From the IMG/VR virus record IMGVR_UViG_3300037484_000042, positions 1 through 44,889 of that record: a DNA stretch of 44,889 nt; one strand, given 5' to 3'. A program made the translations under genes and the position numbers. This document shows positions 38,763-44,889 of this stretch, one piece after another (within the stretch, counting starts at the first letter, position 1; each line of letters opens with the position of its first letter). The notes below the pieces were generated by a model. It had not been told where the DNA came from. It did no database searches and saw nothing but the letters and a program-made list of their open reading frames with translations. The stretch is from a virus. Its lineage: Duplodnaviria; Caudoviricetes.

Positions 38763-38778
38763 TGGCACGATACTTGCT
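38763..38778 (+). promoter_or_regulatory. sigma54-type -24/-12 element (consensus)
   Basis: TGGCACGATACTTGCT matches TGGCACG-N4-TTGCW exactly. Confidence 0.65.
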
Positions 38779-38834
38779 ACGCGCACACACTACATTATAT
38801 AAAAGAAAAAGATTTGTATGGTTCATTTTTATTG

Positions 38835-38863
38835 TTGACAACCTTTTTAATATATGGGATAAG
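38835..38863 (+). promoter_or_regulatory. early sigma70 promoter
   Basis: TTGACA-N17-GATAAG with extended -10 TG and an upstream T-tract; the -10 is weak. Confidence 0.55.
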
Positions 38864-38869
38864 GACACA

Positions 38870-39220
38870 TAGCTTATTGCTTGCTTTACCTGTTCTCTCA
38901 CATAGCCGCTTGTCTGGTTCTGCCTCTTGCCTGTTCTCTCAACTCTGAGAGCAAGAAGCATCCCAACCGATAGACAACCCGGCCCACAATAGAAACCTGT
39001 TCCCACGTCCTGCCAATGTGTCGTGACTCTCTGACAAAGAGGCACATAACTCGGACCAGTATAGGCGGTAGTCAAGCAACGTGAGATTGGAAAGGGCAAG
39101 CACTAGCCATGTTTGCAGACTGGAACAGAGACAAGGCAATCCCGATTGATATACCCTAGCTAGTTTGAATCACTGGCCGTAATGGGTTGTCCTTGCAAGG
39201 GTATTAACTAGCATCCTTTT
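38870..39220 (+). ncRNA. putative structured leader/ncRNA
   Basis: No credible ORF; several long complementary segments (see findings). Confidence 0.45.
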
Positions 39221-39417
39221 AATGCTTACCACTTGCAAGGCAATCGGTTATCAGGTCTTTGGATGTTATAGGATGCGACTAAATATATTAGGCGTGTCTA
39301 ATAAAATCCAAACCGGAGGGACTATGGTCATAGTAAAATTATTTCCGCTCTGCTGCATTGTATCCGTTCTTGTTGCACTAATCGTAGTTAATTAAACAAC
39401 CAAACCAAAATGAGGAA

Positions 39418-39975
39418 ATGAAAATGAATATCAAAAATGAATTGAAGAAAGCGTTCGAAGCAAACCAGAAGCAAGTTATCACCTATCACGCCATTGTTGC
39501 GGAGTTAAAAGCGAAAAAGGTTAAGCCGGAAAATGTCAATGCCTTCCTCTACTCACTGTTCAATGACTGGCCTATGAAGATTGATAAGAGCAAGAAAGCC
39601 GTTGCCATTGGGATTAGTAATACATTGAAGGATAAGCCAGACTATATGCCTGCCAAGTACGTCAATGCTTTCAGTGTATGGAGAAGCAGAAACTTTGACG
39701 CTGGTACTTTCACCGAGAAAACAAAGGAAAGCAAGGCAAAGGCGAAGGCAAAGAATCTGAAGGCCAAGGTTGAGAAGGAAAAGGCAGAGGAAAATGGTGT
39801 TGCCGTGGCTGGTTCCTTGCGTGAGGTTGACGTGCCTAAATATCTGGCATTAATTGCGGAGCTGGCAAAGAAGAAAGGTAATGAGAAAGCAGTCAAGCTC
39901 TGCTCTGAATTGAACAAAGCATTCGCAGTCAAGGCCGTGGCCAAGCTGGTAAACAAGAAGGGGAAAAGAAGTTAG
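39418..39975 (+). CDS. Lys/Ala-rich basic early protein
   Basis: First large early ORF; GAGG SD; strongly basic. Confidence 0.75.
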   Translation: MKMNIKNELKKAFEANQKQVITYHAIVAELKAKKVKPENVNAFLYSLFNDWPMKIDKSKKAVAIGISNTLKDKPDYMPAKYVNAFSVWRSRNFDAGTFTEKTKESKAKAKAKNLKAKVEKEKAEENGVAVAGSLREVDVPKYLALIAELAKKKGNEKAVKLCSELNKAFAVKAVAKLVNKKGKRS

Positions 39976-40002
39976 GTCAACCATAATTACAAGGTAATTA
40001 AA

Positions 40003-40209
40003 ATGCCAAGAATATGTATAGTAAAAAGGAGTTGCTATATTTACATTGGAGATATGAGGGCAGATGGTGAGATTGAAGAGGGTTGCCATCTTCTCCAAAT
40101 CTATTATGATGGTATGGTGCGTCCATGTGGTTCATATAGTGGTGATATAAAACTCTACAAAGATAGCAGGAGGATTACAAATCATGAGCGTAAAAGAAAT
40201 TCGGGGTGA
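40003..40209 (+). CDS. hypothetical early protein
   Basis: AAGG SD inside the palindrome at 39984-40000. Confidence 0.6.
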   Translation: MPRICIVKRSCYIYIGDMRADGEIEEGCHLLQIYYDGMVRPCGSYSGDIKLYKDSRRITNHERKRNSG

Positions 40210-40385
40210 AGTTGTAGGTGCCATTATTATAATCTCAGTTCTTGTCATGTGTGTAAGTACATGGCTCAATTCAATTTAGAACACTGGACTACCTATAGGA
40301 TCATGGAGTACTGTCACATGGAGTACCATGCTTACTCTCTACGATTCTATAAGGTGTGGACAAAACTAATTACGAGGTAATTAAG

Positions 40386-40568
40386 ATGAAGAATCAAAAG
40401 AATAACTTTGTGGTGTACTTCAAGGGCAAGAGGAATACGATTAAGATTGCCTCTCATAGCAGTCTCCTTGCCGCACAGTGCATGGTCAATGACTTGAAGG
40501 AAGGGACGAAGGGGAAGGGCTATCCCTATATTGCAGTGGTCAATCCCATGCTGGTTAAAAGGATATAG
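40386..40568 (+). CDS. hypothetical early protein
   Basis: GAGG SD inside the palindrome at 40367-40383. Confidence 0.6.
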   Translation: MKNQKNNFVVYFKGKRNTIKIASHSSLLAAQCMVNDLKEGTKGKGYPYIAVVNPMLVKRI

Positions 40569-41046
40569 GTGTATGTCGAGTCTACTATGGGTGGGTAATA
40601 ATGTTTACGTTCTGGTGTGTGTAGGAAATGAAAGAACAGCAATACAACTAGTGGGTGATAGTGTGGGTAAGAGAACGTATGGTTTCATTCCTGTGGATTT
40701 TAATAAGCGTTTAACATTGAGGATTAAACGAGAGTCAGGAGCATAGCACCATGCCCTTGTAAGTACGAAGTATCCTACCCTACTAGGGTTAATACAAACG
40801 TGGCATGGTGGTACCTTTAAGGTGCCTTAATTACAATGTAAGTAAGGAGGGCGATGATGTGAAGATGATTATAAGACATAACGGCAGCTATTACATGCAT
40901 GATATTAATGAAATGAAGGCTGTGTGTTTATCATCTCGTCAAAAAAACCAAGATTCCGGTGAGATTGGGAGGGTTTATCCGAGTGTGAGTGATACACATA
41001 GGCATGAAGAGATCAATTTGATAGGACATGAAAGGAGAATGAAGTT

Positions 41047-41823
41047 ATGTATGACCTCATCACGTACAAAAGAGGAAGTAGAAGTGCCAGTATACTCTCC
41101 CGATTGGTGGGCTGTAGACTATACAGTGCGGAGTCGTTCGCGTCGCTTCAACAACGATTGGTACGAAAGGCTTTTCGTTACACGAGACGAGTAATTAATT
41201 GGGGATCATCCGATTCCTTCCTCCTCAATTACAATGTAATTAACAGGCCAGATAAGGTTGCTATTGCCACTAATAAGTTGAAGACATTTGAAGTACTGCG
41301 TCTGGCTGGTGTTTCAATACCTATATACTTCAAGGGTGTAAGGGGTGAGGCACTACTTGCCAATCCTAATGAGGTGATCTATGCACGACACCTGACTCGT
41401 GCTAGTGGTGGGAGGGGTATCACTGTTGTTCAGCCCGGTTCTCCCATCCCCTATGCTCCACTGTACACGGTAGGTATACCCTGCAAGCGTGAGTATCGGG
41501 TTCATGTATTCAATGGGGCTATGATTGATCTAGTTGCTAAGTGCAAGAGGAATGGAGATAGTGATGTTGGTGATTACATTCACAATCATTCGTTGGGATA
41601 CATCTTCACACGCAATAGTGTGAGAATCCCCGATGATGTGCGGGCTAACCTATCAGCCCTTGCTATCAGTGCTGTTACTGCATTGGGCTTGGACTTCGGG
41701 GCTGTTGATATCATTCGCAGTACAGAAGGACAGCTCTATGTACTGGAAGTTAATACTGCTCCCGGTATTGAGGGTACAACCTTGGAGGCCTACGTTAATG
41801 CCTTTAAAAATTATGATGAGTAG
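41047..41823 (+). CDS. ATP-grasp ligase (RimK/glutathione synthetase-like)
   Basis: VINWG, NKL.TF, GGRGI, EYRVHV, LGLDFGAVD, VLEVNTAPG. Confidence 0.92.
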   Translation: MYDLITYKRGSRSASILSRLVGCRLYSAESFASLQQRLVRKAFRYTRRVINWGSSDSFLLNYNVINRPDKVAIATNKLKTFEVLRLAGVSIPIYFKGVRGEALLANPNEVIYARHLTRASGGRGITVVQPGSPIPYAPLYTVGIPCKREYRVHVFNGAMIDLVAKCKRNGDSDVGDYIHNHSLGYIFTRNSVRIPDDVRANLSALAISAVTALGLDFGAVDIIRSTEGQLYVLEVNTAPGIEGTTLEAYVNAFKNYDE

Positions 41824-41976
41824 TATGAAAAATATTCTCTTACTTGATGATCAAACAGGTAAGACAACACTTCTTCATACCCCTGAGACACATCGCTATA
41901 GAGAGGAGGAGTGTACTGCATGGATCATGTATCGTTTCATCGAGTTGAATAAAAGAAGAGAGGGGGAGGGAAACAG

Positions 41977-42159
41977 ATGATCTTTATCAGTAGATATGGA
42001 ACAGTTATCCTCATACCTGATGCGGAGGATGAGGAAGGTAATATGACTGGTGTTGGCTTACAAAGCAGAGAGAGTGAGTCCTTCATTGGGTATCGTTGTG
42101 GGACATGGTATCGTCCTGTATGTACTGAGATAAATGAACTCCTAACCAAGAGAAAGTAA
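41977..42159 (+). CDS. hypothetical protein
   Basis: GGAGG SD; ends in the palindrome at 42157. Confidence 0.5.
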   Translation: MIFISRYGTVILIPDAEDEEGNMTGVGLQSRESESFIGYRCGTWYRPVCTEINELLTKRK

Positions 42160-42204
42160 TTACAGTGTAAGTAAAAAATCATAATAATAACCGGAGGTAG
42201 TAAG

Positions 42205-43848
42205 ATGAACTGTGCATGGTGCAATACGAGCATTAACGACAAGACCCCCACCGGATACAAATTGAGTGAGGATGCCCCCGAAATTCCAGCCCTGTGTATC
42301 TCCTGTTGGGAGAAGGCGGCTGTGTGTAACACGTGTAATGGTGTCTTTGAATATCCTAAGAACATTATGTACACTGGTCGTGACGGTAGGTATATGTGTA
42401 ATTCATGTGCTACTGACCTTGAAACCTGTGAAGATTGTGGAAAAAAGAAACCACACTTGAAGGACGTGTTTGGTAAGAAGAGGTGTATCTCTTGTGCCAA
42501 GAAGTACTACTACTGTGGGGGCTGTAAGGAGTGGCATACTCTTACTGCTGTTCCTTGTATGGATACCAGTGATGATCTTCACCTTGAGTATCCCTATCTG
42601 TGGGCAGAGTATAAGAGTTTTACTATCTGTCGTACCTTCTTCCTCAACAGTATCACCCCTCGTATGCAGAAGAAAAGAGTCTTTAGCTGTACTCACTGTA
42701 TGGATAAGAGTTCTCATGTGTTTAAGAGAGAGGGTGTGACGTATGATCTGTGTCAACGCTGTGCTAAGACAACAAAGAAGTGTACTCACTGTGGTATATG
42801 GCATCCAGAGGTAAGTAGCTATGGTGGTACACTTCTGTGCTATACGTGTAAGAGGACTCACTATCGTCCCTGTACTTGCTGTAATAAGCTGAGGAAGAAG
42901 GTAGAGTGTAAGAATTATTTCTGTACTGATTGTCGGAAGACTCATCTCCTATGTGCAAACTGTGATAGGTATCATCCTATCGCAGATCACCAAGAATTTA
43001 ATGGTCAATTACTTTGTAATTACTGCTTCAATAATCTTAGGACTTGTAAGGTTTGTAAGAAAAAGGCTCTGTCCCACTATGCTTCTAATATGTGTAGATC
43101 ATGTGCATTGAGTGTAGGGTGTGGTAAGATTGAGCCCTACACTCTCAAGCCTACCCCCGTCTTTCATGGTAAGGGTACGTTGCACTATGGCTTTGAGAAT
43201 GAAGTATCGTTCAGCTCTGAAGTGAGCCTGAAGGGTAAGGTGGCTGAGGTACTGAAAAACTTTGAAGAGAATGAATTGATTGTCAAGTCAGATAGTAGTA
43301 TTGACTATGGCTTTGAGGTAGTCTCTCACCCTCATACCTTTGAGAAGTATCAGGATAAGAAGTGGAAGGATATGTTCGTATCTGAGATGCGTAACTCTGA
43401 TTCATGTGGGATGCACGTTCATGTAAACCTTGAATCCTTTACTTCCTTTCATCTGTATAAGTTTGTATCCTTTATCCATAAGCACCCCACGCTTATGACG
43501 AAGATCAGTGAGAGAAGTCCCAACCATTACTGTCAGCTTTATTCCGAGAGTAATATGGCCCCCGTTATTAAGAAGTTTAAAAAGGATGGGGAGAAAAGTG
43601 ATCGGTATCGTCGTGTTAATCTTGGCAGTAAGACCATTGAACTCCGATGCTTTGCTGGCGTAACCACTTATGAGAGATGGATGAAGAATATTGAGTTTAT
43701 CCGTGCGCTGTATGAGTACACTCTGAACACTGGCAACCTTGATCTTAATCCTCGCACATGGAAGCTCTTTGTTGTCAAGAATAAAAAGATGTACCCCAAT
43801 CTTAACACCTTCATGTGTTCACTCTACTCCATGCCTAGTGGTGAGTAA
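42205..43848 (+). CDS. amidoligase (COOH-NH2 ligase) with a multi-CxxC N-terminal region
   Basis: YGFENE, KSDSSI, GFEVVSHP, SCGMHVH, TIELR in the C-terminal domain; 17 CxxC pairs before it. Confidence 0.85.
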   Translation: MNCAWCNTSINDKTPTGYKLSEDAPEIPALCISCWEKAAVCNTCNGVFEYPKNIMYTGRDGRYMCNSCATDLETCEDCGKKKPHLKDVFGKKRCISCAKKYYYCGGCKEWHTLTAVPCMDTSDDLHLEYPYLWAEYKSFTICRTFFLNSITPRMQKKRVFSCTHCMDKSSHVFKREGVTYDLCQRCAKTTKKCTHCGIWHPEVSSYGGTLLCYTCKRTHYRPCTCCNKLRKKVECKNYFCTDCRKTHLLCANCDRYHPIADHQEFNGQLLCNYCFNNLRTCKVCKKKALSHYASNMCRSCALSVGCGKIEPYTLKPTPVFHGKGTLHYGFENEVSFSSEVSLKGKVAEVLKNFEENELIVKSDSSIDYGFEVVSHPHTFEKYQDKKWKDMFVSEMRNSDSCGMHVHVNLESFTSFHLYKFVSFIHKHPTLMTKISERSPNHYCQLYSESNMAPVIKKFKKDGEKSDRYRRVNLGSKTIELRCFAGVTTYERWMKNIEFIRALYEYTLNTGNLDLNPRTWKLFVVKNKKMYPNLNTFMCSLYSMPSGE

Positions 43849-44021
43849 TATGAAACCATGTATCTGTATCTTTAGGGATAGTAATCAGGTCCCTTCCCAT
43901 GATGGGAAGGGAGTGTGGCTATCCTTGCAAGGCCCGAACATTGGGGAAGTAGTACATTATGATAATCCGGCTCATGCTACAAGACATGAACTTAATAGAA
44001 AAAGACAGGAGAATAAATAAT

Positions 44022-44888
44022 ATGTGTATTGCAATCGTAAAGAAAGCTGGTGCAGTGTTGACAAAAGATACCCTACATAATTGTTACCTGAATAATAAGG
44101 ATGGTTGTGGGTTTGCATATGTAAATACTGATGTGTATGGTGAGAAGAGGGTTAGGATTAAAAAGAGTATGGACTTTGAAACCTTCTATGCTAGGTACAG
44201 TAAGGCTGTTGAACAGAATCCGAACAGTACCTTCCTCATTCACTTCCGTATTGCAACACATGGGATGATTGATAAATATAACTGTCACCCCTTTCAGATC
44301 AACAAGGAACAGGCCTTCATCCACAATGGTATCATCCCCAATATGCCCAACGATGGAAAGGGGGATCATCGCAGTGATACTCGTATCTTTAAGGATCGTA
44401 TCTTACGTCGGTTGCCTAGTGGTTGGGATACTAATCCTGCTGTTAAGTATATGATTGAAGCTGTGATTGGTGCATCAAAGTTGGCTGTATTGAATGTGGA
44501 TAACACCTTCTCAATCTTTAAAGAAGCGAGTGGGCATTGGAAGGATGATATCTGGTACTCGAATAATTCCTATACCTACAAACCTTATTCGGTTATGAAG
44601 CATATGAAAGGGTATTTGGATCATATTGATGCACAGCATGAACGATCAAGGAAGGAGTACAAAGAGAAGCGAGAAGCAAAGATCTTTGGTTTAGCAGAGA
44701 AGGTTGACAGCAGTACCTTCATTGAGTGTGAGTGGTGTTCTGAATACATACTCAAGAAAACAGCTAAGCGTATGGGTATGGATGGCATGGAGGTTATCTG
44801 TTGTGATGATTGTGCTGCCATGCTTGCCAAGGATGAGTTGTTTAATGCTACTCCTTTTAATAATGCAATCTACTTACGGGGTAATTAG
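44022..44888 (+). CDS. class II glutamine amidotransferase with a C-terminal Zn finger
   Basis: MC N-terminus, NKDGCG, HFRIATHG, NCHPF, HNG, SDT, WYSN; CEWC...CDDC. Confidence 0.92.
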   Translation: MCIAIVKKAGAVLTKDTLHNCYLNNKDGCGFAYVNTDVYGEKRVRIKKSMDFETFYARYSKAVEQNPNSTFLIHFRIATHGMIDKYNCHPFQINKEQAFIHNGIIPNMPNDGKGDHRSDTRIFKDRILRRLPSGWDTNPAVKYMIEAVIGASKLAVLNVDNTFSIFKEASGHWKDDIWYSNNSYTYKPYSVMKHMKGYLDHIDAQHERSRKEYKEKREAKIFGLAEKVDSSTFIECEWCSEYILKKTAKRMGMDGMEVICCDDCAAMLAKDELFNATPFNNAIYLRGN

Positions 44889-44889
44889 A

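Noticed and set aside
38400-39320. CRISPR mini-array or tRNA genes in the non-coding region
   Set aside because: No regularly spaced repeats and no cloverleaf with a T-loop; the repeats seen are explained by sigma54-like sites and hairpins.
40300-40325. CATGGAGTAC direct repeat (2 copies)
   Set aside because: Only 10 bp and two copies; no further structure.
40805-41194. ORF overlapping the ATP-grasp gene by 148 nt as an overprinted gene
   Set aside because: The 5' part has a good SD, but the overlap could simply reflect a lost stop codon; no supporting motif.
44763-44889. Terminal direct repeat as a biological DTR
   Set aside because: It is exactly 127 nt and lies mid-gene, which is typical of assembler overlap.

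Overview
Complete, circularly assembled dsDNA podophage genome of about 44,762 bp; bases 1-127 are identical to 44763-44889. The organisation resembles Zobellviridae/PaP3/LUZ24/phiEco32-type phages and no phage RNA polymerase was found. The + strand arm (about 38.9 kb through the junction to 14.57 kb) carries early genes, an ATP-grasp/amidoligase/glutamine amidotransferase cluster, primase-helicase, a split family A DNA polymerase, nucleotide-metabolism genes, a class II RNR and a putative endolysin. The - strand arm (38.09 kb to 14.6 kb) carries tail fibre, packaging, capsid, tail, ejection and holin genes. Two group I introns can be mapped to the base: one in polA motif B with no ORF, and one in nrdJ carrying a GIY-YIG gene with a nonsense codon. 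The strongest unexplained signals are: (i) 12 copies of a 17-bp palindrome TAATTAC-N3-GTAATTA, all in the early/replication arm, on ribosome-binding sites, after a promoter and inside essential CDSs; (ii) three sigma54-type -24/-12 elements at the predicted genome end; (iii) a ~450-nt highly structured, apparently bistable leader RNA ahead of the first early gene; and (iv) a three-gene block bracketed by a perfect 67-bp direct repeat. All function calls are by motif recognition only; no searches were run.
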